Assembly (NCBI RefSeq): GCF_009914755.1
Contig: NC_060928.1
Origin: the human T2T-CHM13v2.0 reference genome, Homo sapiens
Reading direction: 5' to 3' (one strand)
DNA length: 64,000 nucleotides
The translations under genes were made by a program, and so were the position numbers. The notes under the pieces were generated by a model. That model was not told the origin of the DNA, ran no database searches, and was given only the letters and a program-made list of their open reading frames with translations. The stretch's first letter is position 1. Each line of letters begins with the position of its first letter. Below, piece by piece: positions 15,839-31,822 of this stretch.

Positions 15839-18800
15839 TGAAAAACTGAGGAATATAGCCTCACAGGTCATTTGAGAATTAAGTCTGATGTCTACAAAGC
15901 TTTCAGTTCAGTGCCTGGCATGTAGAAGTGTTCAAGAAATGTCAGTTGTTTTATTACCTATACAGCTTCCTCAGTTCTCAGTGAGAAAATGGAGGGCCAG
16001 AGAGGTGTAGTGACTTGCTTAAATCCACAAGGTTCAAATTAATGGCAAAATATGGGCTATAAACCTAATCTTGTGGCCACTATTACAGTCAATTTCCCCC
16101 CACATTCTATGCTAATTGTGATATCTAGTGTGCCCAGGGACAGGCATATATTGAGGGGACTGGATGTGCTCTCAGGGCCCTTCTAGGTCTACCATATCAG
16201 TGATGTTAAGTGACAGTATCATCCATAAAACCATCTTTCAGTGCTCTTTTTTAATGGTGAGGAACATTTTCTTGGATAGTCTCAAGCTGCAGATGTCCCA
16301 CTCAATGCTGGTTTAGGCCTGGTGGCAACAGGGAGAGCACGACCACAGTCCCCAGTCCAGGAGACCTCTGTCCTAAGGGCAGTCTCACTCCGTGCCCAAG
16401 ATCACTTACAGGGCTGAGTGCTAGTGCAGGAGGAAGGCCTGCTCTTTGTTGCAGAACACGGTGGTGGGGACTCAGGTCATCTGGTGGTCTCTCCAGCAGC
16501 ATGGTATAGCTGTGAGACTCCACTGCAAGGATATCCTGCTGTGCTGATGGCCCCAGCCTGGTTGTGGAATCTGAGCCTTAGACTCCTCAGGTTCATTGGG
16601 ACCATTCTCAACTCCCCGCCACAGCCTCCTTCTATTTCCTAAATCAGCCATGTGCTCTCACCCAGGAGAAAGGGAAATGAAGTTTGTTTAATCACTAATG
16701 TAGATCCACTTTCAATTCTAAATCAATGGATTTGAGCCTGGGGGTGGCTCTGCATCTTCGGCTCCATCTCTTACCACTAGAATTGAGCATGTTCAGACGT
16801 CTGCAGTTTCTAGGAGATTCATCAGAGGATGAATGGGGTATAGCTGGAGCAGGTGTTACATGTTAAGCAATTCTGTCCTCACTCTATTTGAATATGAACT
16901 TCATCCTATGCTACGTGCTGGTGTATAATAAATCTCAGGGTCTGACACATTTGGAGGTCTGAGGGAATGAAGCTGCAGTAAGATGAAAAGCATTTCATGC
17001 AAAGAGATGAAACAACGTCAGAATAAAAAGTTTATCAATGTATATATTAGAGAAAAGAAATTTGTCCAAGTGAAATGGCTTCAGGGATGTTTTACAGTTA
17101 AGGTATTTTAGAAAGACCTTTCTCTATTTTTCCTCTGTTTTTCAACACATGTATTAGATTTATCATCCTAGTGGCATATCTACATGCATTGCATAGTGTT
17201 CTTTGCTTCATATTTCCAAAGCATTTCAGTTTTTCAGGTTTAAAAATCACCGGAGAATTTATAAGGAGTGAAAAATATTCTGAAAAGGATGTTTGATTGT
17301 TGTAAAACCTCACATTTGTATTGCTTCCTTTACCTTATGAAGTGCTTTTATATACATTATCTCATCTTTATCATGGGCATCAAAGGTTTGCTATCATTTG
17401 GAGAGCATGTGCCTGGTCCAGGCCTGTGGAGACTACATTACAAACCCCTTCTTTTTAAGTTCTAATTTTCATATGGCAGCAAAAAATTTTATGAGTCCAC
17501 AGGAAAACAGAATAAAGTTATTATGAGGAAACCACTCTATGCTTCCTAATAAAAATTCCGTATAAAAATTGTTCTATTCCAAATGTAGGCTCGGGAAAAC
17601 TCCCAGTCACTCTTTAACACTGTTTGGATCCCACTCCTTCTGCTATACACGGACTCAGTCCCCTTTGTCTGGACCATCCCTCAGGACTCCAGATGGACCT
17701 GTGTTTACCAGGACTCTAGCTCATTCCACACTGCAGTGCAACTGTCTGTCTATCTCCACAAGAGACTAAAAGCTCCTGGAGAGCCATGCCAATGTCTTGT
17801 CTTTATCTCCCCTGTTCCTACCCAGCACAATGCAAGGCACTTGGTAGCTGTCCAGTATATGTGGAATAAATGGAGAGAAAGGCCCACTGGAAATGAGGAT
17901 CTTATGCAAAGTGTATAGCATAAATGGGTGCCTGTTAGTGCAGTCAAAAAATATTCTTAAGCAATAAGATGAATTTAACTTGTCATTTACGAAGTCGAAT
18001 TCAAATGGAGACAGAGGAGAGAACTCAGGAGAGGGATCCTCCTGTTGGAAAAAGGAGAACTACAAGGACCTGCAATGTAGAGACCTGGACGGACACAAGC
18101 AGCGACTGACTTTAACTCTCTCCTCTAGCATAAAGCAGTTTTCTGGATGGAGATATTGGGAAAGCAGAATGAGCAGGTAGCACTCAGAGAGTCAACTGTC
18201 AGTGATCACAAAGCAAATGGTTGTCTTCATCCTGATACGTTGTACTCAGGTAGTTAAAGGTTGAAGTAAAGTCTCTTGTCGAACTTCTGTGAAGTTGTAA
18301 AGTGCTGGAGTCAGAGCTGAAGCCACACATAAGCCCTGAAAAGCTTGTACCTTTAAGAAAATCGGCAATCTTTCACCTCTAAACTTTGTGATTCTGTGAA
18401 GAGTACAGGAGAATTATGGTGTCCCATTCTATGCACCAAAAGAAAGTACATCAACAAGTATAATCTTTGTTATTATTGAATAATTTGTAACTCTTAGGAG
18501 ACTACAACTAATAACCCATATCTGTATGCTATTTTCTAACATTAACAGATGCTTAAGGCAACAATAAATCTAAATACACAAAGGGGAAAGCAAAACTGTC
18601 TATGTGGTTCTGAATTTTAATTGTAGGAGTAAAAAAATGAAGGAAATCCAAGAAAGAAAAAGTCACGAAAACAAAACATAAAAGAAGATAATTAATTAGC
18701 ATAGGCATAATGAAGTTTTTGTAATTTTAAACAATAAATTCCACCCAAAGCAAATAGGAAATACAAATATCAGCGACATTAAACACCAACAAGAAAGAGG

Positions 18801-19187
18801 AGTGGGGAGCCAGCTTAACCTCTGCAACTGGTTTACTGCTGGCTGAGGCAGGAAGAGGTTTAAAAGAGATTAAGAAAGATAAACAGTAAGCTGTCTGTTG
18901 AGCCACTCTTTATTTGGCTGTGTGCACCCAGCCAAGCGGAAGGTCTGTTTTTGAGCTAGAGGGCTCAAATACATCCGACAAAGCCAAGAGACAGAGGATG
19001 AGAGGGCGCTTGCTCCAGAACATGATAGAGGTCCCCCACCCCACCCCCTTCAAACCTGAAAGGAAAGTTGCCACTGCCAGATTCTGATCTAGTGACTTTG
19101 GATTTTCTTCATTGGTGTATAATAAACCAACATATTGATAATAAGTTTTCTTACCTATTGTTTGGCTAAAATAGCTCTGTTGATTCT

Positions 19188-19720
19188 CAGAATCACAGAA
19201 TTTCAGAGGTTAGACATTTAAGGTACCCAAGTCTCCCCATCAATTAATCAAGTAGCTATTTGGCCTATGACCACCTCCAGTGACAAGGACTTCATTTCCT
19301 CCTGAGGAGGTTGTTACCATCCTTGAGCAGCTCTGAATATTAGCAAAGTCTCCTTTAGATTGAGCCAAAATTTGTCTTTCTGAAATATCCACCTTTGGCC
19401 CCTAGATAGAAAATAAATCTAAGCCATCTACAATATGAGAACCTTTCAAATAATAGAAAATGCTATTATGTACTACTGGAGTCTTCCCTACTTCGGGCAA
19501 AACAGACCCAGTTCTTTTAACCTTCCATCATATGATTTTAAGTTTTCTCACCATTGTAGCTACTTTCCTCTGAAAATCCAATTTCTTTCTCTCTCTCAAG
19601 TGTGGCATTCAATGGACATATGCCACCTAGCGTGGTCTGACGAGTGCAGTCACAGTGGACCACCCCACCTTAATCTGGGTTACCATATAATTCCATCAGG
19701 CAACTGCAGACTGGAAAGAG
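19188..19720 (-). mobile_element. L3/CR1 LINE 3' fragment
   Basis: cagaatcacagaat...cagctctgaatattagcaaagtc...ttgagccaaaat...cccagttcttttaacc resembles the reverse CR1/L3 3' end. Confidence 0.6.
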
Positions 19721-20887
19721 TACTCGCTTCATTTACTGAGTATCTACAATGTGACAGGCGAGACAAGCACTTTAATGTGCTGATTTCAAACTGATTTCAA
19801 AACCTTATGTGTAAGTGCTACCATTATTCCTATTTTGCACCCAAGGGCACAAAGACACAGAGAGGTTAAGTAACTTGTCTAAAGTCACACAGTAATTGGT
19901 GTGCTTTACACTGATTCATTATGCACCTACTTTTGATTTGATAGATTTTGAAACTGTGAAGATCTTTTTAGATCTCCATTCCTTTCTTCAATGTACTGTA
20001 TTCATTATTCCTCTCAGCCCTAGGTCATGTCCAATTTGATAAACATGCCCTTTATAATTTTATCCAAGTCATTCATAACAATTTTGACCAGAACAGAACT
20101 ATGGCTGGGTAGCCTGATGATTCTTGGCTTTTTTTTTTTTTTTTTTTTGCAATGCCAATGGAAATTATTCCATTCAGTCAAACTATGAGACTCCACTTAA
20201 AAAATGAATTCATTGTACGTTCCTTGAATGCTAAGACCATGTCACATGCTTTTGTGCGTCCCACACAGCTAGTTAATACTCAGTAAAAATCACTGAAAGG
20301 AGTCCTGTGTTCTGAAGCACAAAGCCATGGAGTAGATTTGAGAGGGCGGCACTGCCTGAGGTCTTTGGGTTCCTCTCAAGCAGTGTCTCTGCTCCCGACC
20401 GCTCTGTGATCACCCGGGCAGCTCTTATTCACATGTGCCAGTCTATGGTTTCCGCATGTCACTAACCCTGCGAACACATCCAGGATACAATGCCTTCAAC
20501 ACTGGGAATCTCAGTGGACACTGAGAAATTTAGAATATGAACCACAGTTAAGACTGAAATTAATCATTACTGGATCTGAAGTCATCTACAATGAAGGGTT
20601 TCAAGATGAGCAGTATCTGTCTACTATGAACAAGACTGGAGTCTAGAAAACAGAGTAAAAACAGAAGTTTGAGGTATATCCCTCACCTCTGAGAATACCA
20701 TCATGATTATGACTATACCAGCTCTCAGTGAATATCAAAAGGCAGCCCAAGTCATTAAAACCACACTCAAAAGCACCTCAGGATACCAGGAGTTGCTAAT
20801 ATAGTTAGTCAAATCATGTCCCAGGCATGCACTTCCAGGAAAAACATGAAAAACATCTCTGATTTTACCCTATGACACCAACATTAG

Positions 20888-21182
<295 letters not shown>

Positions 21183-21524
21183 AAGTTCTACTATATTTTA
21201 TGTAGAATACCTTGTATACTTCATATAGTATACCTATTACCATTGTGATAAAGAACACTGAAAATAGTGTTAACTTCAAAAATAATAACAAGCAGTATCT
21301 ACTAAGTGCTAGGAACTGTGTTACTTGATTTATAGGCATTCTCTTATTTAATAGGCACAACAATTTTATGAGAAATATACTAAAATTATTCCCAATTTAC
21401 AGATGAGTAATCTGAGACGTAAGGAGGTTAATTACCTTGCTTGTAATTAGCTGAGAACTAAAGCTTGAATCCTGCATTGTTAAACGCATCCTCTTAAATA
21501 ATGTGTTAGCTCAGGTCTTCCAAA

Positions 21525-22365
21525 AAATCGACATCGAGAAGGTTTTAAACGTGTAAAGATTTTTTTTAGGGAAACCGTCTGTACGAGAGCAAACGAGAGC
21601 GGAGAGGCCTGAGCGCCACAGGGTGCAAGGCCGGAGTGACCGGACGAAGGCGTCGCGGGAGGGGCTAGAGGAGCAGCCACCGAGCCTCGAGTACCCGGGG
21701 GCAGGCGCGGGCCTCAGCGAGACGTGCTGCCGTTTCTATTGGAGAGACAAAATCTAAATGTTATCAGGAGGATTTTCATTTATCAGGAAAGCAACTCGAA
21801 AACCCACAGCCTGAGTTCCTGAAGCCCCTAGCTCCCTCCCAAGCCGCAGAGGCGTGGAAACGCCGTGGGGTCGGAGTCGCTTCCATGCGGATCCTGCGTT
21901 CACCAGCGCCCAAAAGAGGAGGCCTGCTTGGCTTCCCACCGCGCCCCAAAGAACGTTCTTCTGCAGATAGTCCCCTGGGTTCCCAGAAAGCCCTTGAGAG
22001 AGGGGCTTCTCTTGGCCATCTTCCAGAAAGTTCTCCATGAGGCATTTCCTGCGCCCTGGAGCCCATGGAAACAGGCAGGCAGTTGCGGGAGGGCATCCTC
22101 GCTGAACACGAGGCTGGGACACCAGTGGCTCTTCATCTTCCCTCTCTTATATTTTCTCTTGCCCCAGTCAAGCCAACCTTTGTTTTCCCACAAAATGAAG
22201 ACAAATACGACAACCGTTTCCTTGATTTTGTTCAAACCTCAGGAAAGGCGGGCTTTGTCCACCGTCCTGCACCCACTTAGGCAGGGACTGGGCCAGGTGT
22301 GACGTCATCAATCTTCTGAGCTCTGGCTCCAGCTTAGGCTGTGCGCACACAATACGCATGCAAGG
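21525..22365. promoter_or_regulatory. Intronic CpG-rich island-like element (candidate promoter/enhancer)
   Basis: Abrupt rise in GC and CpG density in non-Alu sequence (e.g. gacgaaggcgtcgcggga, ggcgcgggcc). Full CRE TGACGTCA at 22300-22307, ATTGG at 21738-21742, palindrome TGTGCGCACA at 22340-22349. Confidence 0.65.
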
Positions 22366-22739
22366 GCACTCAGTGGAGCCTTTGGATAAAGCTATGTATA
22401 CATATACCTATGTATACATATACCTACAGTATGAGGTATTGTAGGTACTCAGTAAAAACACTGAGTTTGTTCTGTCCTGTTTGTGGTGGACGGATACTGC
22501 TCATTTTGAAACTCTTCATTATAGATGACTTTTGATCCGGTAATGATTAATTTCAGTCTTAACTGTGGTTCATTTTCTAAATTTCTCAGTGTCCATTTAG
22601 ATCCCCAGTGTTGAGGTATTGTAGGTACTCAGTGTTTTTAAACTCAGGCAGTTTTATATACATAGATGTATATGATATATGTATATACAATACATGTATA
22701 TACATAAAGATATATACATCTGTATATACTAAAAGATGA

Positions 22740-23110
22740 GACCTTCCTTTTCCCTGGCAGACCTGAAACCACAATGCGATCCATGCATCATTTTCCAGTC
22801 CTTGACTCTTGATCTTTCTGTAGTAGCCACCCTGAGACCTCGGGATCTCACTCCTGCCCAGCTGTCTTCATACCTCCTGGATCACTTCTTTCTTATTTCT
22901 CTTTCTCCCTGTTTTCTCTTTACTTGCCCTGTCTTTAAATGTTGGCATTCCCGAAGGCTCTATCCTCAACTCATTCTCTTCTCCCTGTATGATTTTATCC
23001 ATCTCAGACATCCTTGGCCCCTGCTTCTTAATTTTTCTCTCTGCTCCTCCAAGCTTGCCTCACCATCTGAAATTCCACCTAGTCTACCCCAACATATCCT
23101 ATCACTATTC
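22740..23110. mobile_element. L2 LINE fragment
   Basis: Pyrimidine-rich, degenerate L2-like sequence (cttgactcttgatctttctgtag..., ctttaaatgttggcattcc). Confidence 0.5.
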
Positions 23111-23152
23111 TCTGTGTAAGGGTACTAAGATGTATGAATGTCTAACCAGCCG

Positions 23153-23153
<1 letters not shown>

Positions 23154-23186
<33 letters not shown>
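23154..23186. repeat. (TG)n microsatellite
   Basis: About 16 uninterrupted TG units. Confidence 0.95.
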
Positions 23187-23188
<2 letters not shown>

Positions 23189-23539
23189 TCTCACAGGCCT
23201 TACAACAATCAAGCAAAATAGGTATTAGAAATTCCACATTACAGATAAGGAAATCAAACTCACAGAGGTTTAGTTAATAGCCTGAAATGGAAAGTTGGCA
23301 AAGGTGGACCTTTATTTTGAACTGAGGTCTGTTGAAATTCAAGGGCAGCCTCTCCAACTCCTGTCGGGCTCTTGCACAGCTGCTTCTCCCACCTGCTGGT
23401 GGCTCCAGATACTCCCTGCTTGGTGTACCCTCAGTGGGCCTAGTTACCTTTTCCAGAAACGAATCTGATTATGTCTCTCCTTTTCTATAAGCCCCTGTTG
23501 ATTACATTCCAGGATTAAGACCTTACGAGCTGGTTTGGC

Positions 23540-24034
<495 letters not shown>

Positions 24035-24591
24035 AGTTATCCACAGATGCCCCTCACATTCTGACTTTCTTATCTCTCCAGTAACTGCCTCCCCAACTCC
24101 AAACTGCGTTTGACCATCCAGCTCACTGTCTCGGAATTCCCTTTTTCTTGGACAAACTTCCACATCCTTTGATATTCAGCTCAAATATCTCTTCTGACCA
24201 TTCATGTTGCCCTTTGTTTTTGTCACAGACCACTCATGCTATGCTGTAATCTTGCTGTTGACCCATTGGTCTCCCCAGACATGTGCTGGGTAAGAGTGGA
24301 TACTCCTCCTCTTCACTATCTCTGTAGCTGCCACCCAGAACACAATGCATGGCAAAGAGGAGGTGCTCTGTAATGAACAAATGAATTAATAAGTCAATGA
24401 ATACCCATATAAGAAGTGGAAAGGGCACTGGACTAGAATAGAACTAGAATAGGACTCTGGAGACCCAAATGTAGGTAGCAGTGTTGAGTGGAAAAGCTCG
24501 GAATATGGAGCAGTACAGGCTGGATTTGAACCTTGGCTCCAGTTATTAGCTATGGGACCCTTCTCAGGCTGTCAAAATACATCGAGTTTCA

Positions 24592-24930
<339 letters not shown>

Positions 24931-24946
24931 TTAAAAAATATGGTAA

Positions 24947-25314
<368 letters not shown>

Positions 25315-26073
25315 CCTTTTCTTATTTATAAAATGAGCAGAGTAACATTGTTTCTTCCTCTCTCAAAAGGAAGATGAAAGTGGTGATTGCTCAAACACTC
25401 AGAACATAAAATGCTCTACAAATGTAACAAGTTACAATTAGTGTGCTATATTTGTGTTTACTTCCTAATTTCTGTACCTTCACTTTCTGTGGTAATACCA
25501 GAACATGGGTTTTTTTTTTTTTTTTTTTTTTTTGTACTAAAAACCCTTGACATGGGAGGGGAATATATCCAGAAACATTCTTGATGCCAAATTTGAACAA
25601 ACTGCAAGAGCAGACAAGTTTCCCCACAAAACTCAACAAATTGTAACAAAATATTTCATTAGTGGGCACATCTTCAGGTCCATAATGATGTGACAAATAC
25701 AGGACCAAAGAAACTTACAGAAGCTTGTAAAATAATATCTGCCATAAAATATAATTTTTCACCATAGGTGTCAATGACATCACTATTGTAGCAATTTCAG
25801 ACATGAACTTAATAACATTTGTAAAAGGTAAATAGTGATGAAGAATAATAACAAATGATCATTTCATGAGAGCTACTTTGAGGTGGGTGACAGGCAGGGA
25901 AGCAGAGGCTGCAGGAAGATACAGACTCTGGGCCATGGTGTGGCTCATTCACAAACTTTCTGATGGGTGTGTTCCTTGCACAGGCTTCAAATTCACACTC
26001 CAGTATAATAATTAATTACTCATACTATGACTTACTTGTTGGCTTCACTTGTGATGAATAAAAATCTTTCATG

Positions 26074-26417
<344 letters not shown>

Positions 26418-26595
26418 TCAACTATGTTCACTTACTCACTTCCTATAATTGCCATCAACATGTTTGGGAGCAAGAGGGACAATGTTACGCAGAATTATAG
26501 GACTCTCAAGGAATCTCAAATTCTCTGACTAGTAAGCTGATCAGAAAAAAAGTGAAATATGGATAAAAATACATTTAGGAAAATAGTAATGCAAA

Positions 26596-26632
<37 letters not shown>

Positions 26633-28894
26633 CACAAAGCTTTACTTGTTATGTTCTTCCCTCTTAAATCACTCAAACATTTTATTTATAAAACAAAGAA
26701 TTTGTGAAATGGAGACAAATTATAATGTTGAAATATCATTAGAGTTTCCTTCAGTTCTACCAAGCATATTTGGGCAAAATTTAAAATATCCTTTCCTCTT
26801 TAATTCTGCAAATAGTGCAATTTCAAATACAGCAACTATCTTCTCTCTGTCTAGCTAAAAATTCAATGAAATACTTCACTTTATTTGTCTAAATAGTTAT
26901 TCTTTTTCTCCTTGGAGAATCAAAATTAACCTTCAGTTGTGTTTTCTTTTAGGGGATACAATAAGGTGGAATGTTTCTTCTTGAATGGTTCAAGGGTCCA
27001 GTATCCATCATGAAAGAGGGGAAGGTGCAGAAATAAGATGGATCCAGGTGACCTTGGGGAGAAATCATTCCTAGTCCCTGCTTTTAGCTCCAAAACCATC
27101 CTTCTTTTGCCTTTCATATCCCTTGTCCCTGAATTACAGAGCCCTTTGACCTCTGTAAAAGGTTTTTTTTTTGTTTTTTTTTTTTTTCATTCTCTAACTA
27201 AACACAATAATAAATTAGGAGTCCCTATCTTTGTAGAAGTGGTCCAGGTTCTGGGCTTCTCCCTTCTTTTCATCAGCCTCTTTTTCCTCTTGTTTAACTC
27301 TTCCCAACTTATCCTCTTCCCCCCAAAATGAACTAGGCAGTCTTAATGACTCTGCCTTAATCTCCTCACCAAGTCTTTCTTCCTTTCTGCAGTTACGCCT
27401 TAGACATGCGCACTGAGGGGCTCCTGAGCTGGCCTCAGCCTTAGAGAGCCTGCTTGGGTCCTCCTCTGACCACATACATGTCTACCACCGCAAGTAGTCT
27501 GCAGAAGCAAGGCAAGAGCCTGTGTTCCCACCTCTAGACCATTCTTTGGATACCCGGAGCCCCAGATTCTCTGCTTAGAGAATTTCAAGTCTGTTTTCCC
27601 AGGTCCGTCTTCTGGAAGGTGGCCACACAGCTGTGTGCACCTCTAGGCCCAAAGAATGGCCAAGGGGCATGCAGGTGGACCTTGGAGGTATGGCCAGGAA
27701 TGTCCCACAAATGTAGGAAGCTCCTGAGGTACAACACAGAGCCAGGGATGGAAAGGGAATTGGGTGGTCCAGGGAACCCAACCTGCAGAACCCCCAGGAG
27801 GCAGGGATTCTACATCAAACTGGCCTTCCCAGTGGCCACGAAGGTATACTTGTCAAGATCAGCTGATAGGACATATTGTACTTAATTGTTTGTTAGCTTG
27901 AAGTATAACAATTAAGGATGAGGCCTGTGGTACATCTGCACTCTTGCCTTGGGCTCCACAAATGTTAGGGAGGGACACGCTTGTCTCTCCTCACCCAGCG
28001 ATTTTCCTGCAGATCTTCTCCAGTGCTAAATGCACATGGATTTAGGCAGTGAATACAGAACAAAGTTTGGACCTTCAGTGTGGCTGAGTGCCTATTCCTG
28101 GTAGCCAGGCCTTCTTTGCACCATCCCTCTGCCTCTTCAGACTCAGTCACCGACAGAAGGCAGTTAATTTGTAAACAAGGAAGATAAGCTGCTGTGTGTC
28201 CCCCAGAGAGGTTTTCACGGAGCTTGGGGGCTCCTGGGTCAGACCCCGCCCAAGATGGAATCTATTTGCGGCAGTAACCACAGACAGGTGACCTATTTTT
28301 TTCTTTATTGATTCTTCTCTCTTCCTCACTGTCTTGTTTCACCCCTCTTTTCTAAAGTATGTTTCAGACATAGAGGGAGAGGCTGTGATGGAAGTCAGCC
28401 AAGCGAAGACGAAGGGTGGGGGAGCAGTCGGCAATTCCAGTTTGACGCTAATGATTTGTGTACAATTCAAGGTCAGAGAATGATATGTGAGGCTTGTGCG
28501 CCCACCCACACAAGCATACACAATTTAGTACTTGATTATATCAGCATATAGCGCTAATACATCTCATGCTGCCTTGTTCACTTGCCTTTCCAATTAGAAA
28601 GAAACGCAGAGGGCAGGGACCACATGTTAAGCTTCTTTTGTTCCTCGCAGCACCCACCACCTTATTAGGCACATAATGGGCATTTGATAAATATGTTTTG
28701 TTAAAAGAGGCTTGCTTTAATGAAATAAAATGTGTTCTTGAAATGTGCTAAATAAAGTCAGTTTTTGTAAATGGAATCCGATTTTAATGATACTGGGAAA
28801 GTTGCAATGGGAATACTACAATAAATCCTTTTACAAAGCCAATAACCATTCCGTCTGGATTGTCATGTATTTTTTACCCTCTTGGACCTAAACC

Positions 28895-29050
28895 AGAAAA
28901 TCTTAACCCAGGAATCATTGAATCCCCTGCAAATGTGTCCATGTTTGCTTTGGGAATGTGTATTTTTCTGGTGATATTGCTGTAGCTTTCATTGCATTCT
29001 CAAAGGGATGTGTTACTTCAAAAAGAAAAAAAAGTTAAAATCCATAGGCC
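28895..29050. mobile_element. hAT-Charlie-type MITE remnant (MER117-like)
   Basis: tcttaaccc...tatttttctgg...tagctttcattgcattctcaaaggg...aaagttaa. Confidence 0.45.
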
Positions 29051-31822
29051 TAGAGGGTGCCACAGAAATGAAGCTAAGGTTCTAGGAAAGTAATTTACCA
29101 GCTTTGGTAAGCAGAAAATGATAATCAGAGTTAACATTTGTTGAGCATCTGCTACATACCAAGCTCCTGACAGTCACCATATTTAATGTTGCCTGCAAGG
29201 TAGGCACTATCATCTCATTTGGCCAATGAGGAAACTGGAGAGGCTTGCCCCAGGCACATAGTTGTTAAACATCAAATGTGAGATCTGAACCAGAATCTGT
29301 TGATTCCAAATTTGGAAGTTTTCAATAAAATGGTTTCTGTTTCTCTGGTGCCCTACCTAAAATAATAATGATGACAATGAAAATAATAATTTAACTTTGA
29401 GAATATTATTATCACTATTTCACAGATGAGAAAACTGAAGTTAAGAAATATGTATGAAATTCAAGGATAGCTAATAACTTACTGAAGACCCTGCAGCTGG
29501 TAAGTGAAGGTCCATCCCCTGGCTGAGGCCACCGCCCCACACTGCCTTCACAGCCCCTGTGGGATGGCCTGGCTGCCCCGGGACTCTTAAACAAAAATCA
29601 GTGAACTGGGTCTTTGCTTCAGCATACCATAATTATTCTTCTGGAATTGAGTTCTCTTCCTTCACATTTCTCTAGAGAGAAGTCCAATCTGTCAAGCATT
29701 TATAAGGCACTTCTTTTGTACCTAGGGTTGTGTTAGGCACTGTGGGAAACAGGGAAACACATCTGTGGGTGTGAGTGTGTGTGTATGTATACATGTAAAA
29801 CAGCCACACTTTTTAAACTAAAATCCTACATATTGTTTTAGACCATCTGATTACACTTAGGAGCTATTTAGGAAAATGGTGACTGTGCAATCAACTGTGC
29901 AAGTTGTATAAGAAACACTCCCTGTTCAATCTGCAAGGCATACTACCTACAAATTTAGCAGGAATTTAGAGACAGTACTGTTGATATTGGATATATATGG
30001 AAGTTTGGTCATAGGATCATTCAAGATTCATTTGACATTATGAATTCATTCCACTTAGCTACTCAGCTTGATACTACGAAAATAAATTAAAATGTGAAAG
30101 TGCTGTTAGCTCTTTGAAAGATCATAACATTGAAATTCAAGTTTAATATGTCACCTAAAAGGCAGTTTTACACGGAAGTTAAGCAAAGCCTGGGCCCTAA
30201 ACTCAAAGGTCTCTGAGTTCAAATCTCTGCTCTGCCATTTACTAGATACGTGCTCTTAGAAAAAATTCACTTGATGTTTCTAGGCCGCGGTCTTCTCATA
30301 TATAAATGGAGGTAATAATACCTTTATGACAAGCCTTGTGAAGATTAAATGAGGAAATGTGTGCAGAGTATGTGGAACAATGCTTGAAACATTGTCTTCA
30401 CTTAAAAATTGTGGCATTTTGTCTTTATAACTTTGTGTCAAAAGAAATAGAATGTGAAAAAAAAATGAACTGGTAAAATTTCTCTCTAAAAATCAAAACA
30501 GGATAAAGGAGACAAATAAAATTCTCCTTCTCCACGAGTGATAGCAGTGGTATTAAAACACAATCCTTACAGTAAAAGCTCACAGGAAAAGAATTCTAAA
30601 ATAAGTCTTTTCCTGTGCATAGGTTTATCCAAATTTCTTTCTCAATTTTATTTATTGCTGTTGACGTTTAATTGCTAAAATAATCTTAAGGGAGCCACAG
30701 AAATGGGTGGGGCACTCAAGAACTGTGCTATGGTCTTTCTGCATGTCAGCATTAGAACAGATTATTTCAATCCCATGTTTGTGTGGAAAGCATGCAAAGA
30801 GAAGATAGATTGACAAGCCTGATTGGTATGTTCCAATTCTTTTGCTTCCATAGCAATTTAGTATATGGAAGTCAAACTTCTTTAAAAATCCTAGTTTGCA
30901 GAAAAGAAAGGCTGAGTGCTGGCAGCAGAAGGTACATGATACTGGGGAACTCTACTCTTTACTCCAGTTGACAAGCAAGCAATTAGATCCATCGAGCTGC
31001 GGATCTATGTTCTCAAGGACCCAAGGAAGTCAGCTTTTGGAAGGCAATAAAATTTTTGTTTTTAATATGCAGTGTCCTTCAGTGAAAATGACAAGGAGGC
31101 TGAAGTAACTTTAGGATGCTGCAGACAAGAATTCTTTATCCAGAGATAAAGGTGAAAAGACCCAAGAAGCTGGATAAGAGCTAAATAAAAATGTCTTGCC
31201 AAAATGATGCTAGAAAGTACTAATTCTCAGACATTTGCAGAGTATTTCTCCATGATCAAAAGGCATGCAGACAAGAAATACACCAGCACCTATGTGCATG
31301 ACCAACCAAATACCACCCCACCCCCGCGGCCAAACTCCAACAAAACACACGTAATATTCATTAAAAAAGAAACCTTTATCTGAAAGATGGGATGGAGGGA
31401 AGAGTGAGGGGGAAGAAATATAGAAAAGAATTGCAATTTGTTTTACCACCTATTACCTTCTAGGAGATAAAACGTTCTGAAGCTAACAGGCCACTGCCTT
31501 GGCAACAGTAGAAAAAAATATGAGATCAGAATGTTGGCTGTGATCTTGAGATGGCTTTCTTGTGCCCATTTCATTCGGTGAGTGTCAACATGTAGGCAAA
31601 ATTGCATAAGGTTTAAGAGCTCAGGTTTGGATTCAAATAGGCTTTGCTTTGGTTCCTAGTTCTAGTGTTGACCATATGACCTTAAACAGACTACTTAACT
31701 TTACATGTCTGAATTTCAAGATCGTTTGAAGATTAAATGTTTCATGTCAAGGGCTTAGTACAGGTCTTGGCACATAAAGCGCTCCATGAATGGTCACTGT
31801 GAATATGTACCTTACTGTGGAT

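Noticed and set aside
21612-21627. CTCF-like motif (reverse strand GCACCCTGTGGCGCT)
   Set aside because: Three mismatches to the consensus, including the core AG; too weak to call without ChIP data.
21754-22302. Overlapping 106-145 aa ORFs on both strands
   Set aside because: Expected from stop-codon depletion in GC-rich DNA; no recognisable domain.
22432-22453. Repeated 22-mer beginning TGAGGTA, resembling let-7
   Set aside because: Only the first 7 nt match, and there is no pre-miRNA stem pairing the 22-mer; better explained as a templated duplication.
28467-28475. Perfect TCAAGGTCA (ERR/NR5A) site
   Set aside because: A single 9-mer is compatible with chance in 64 kb.
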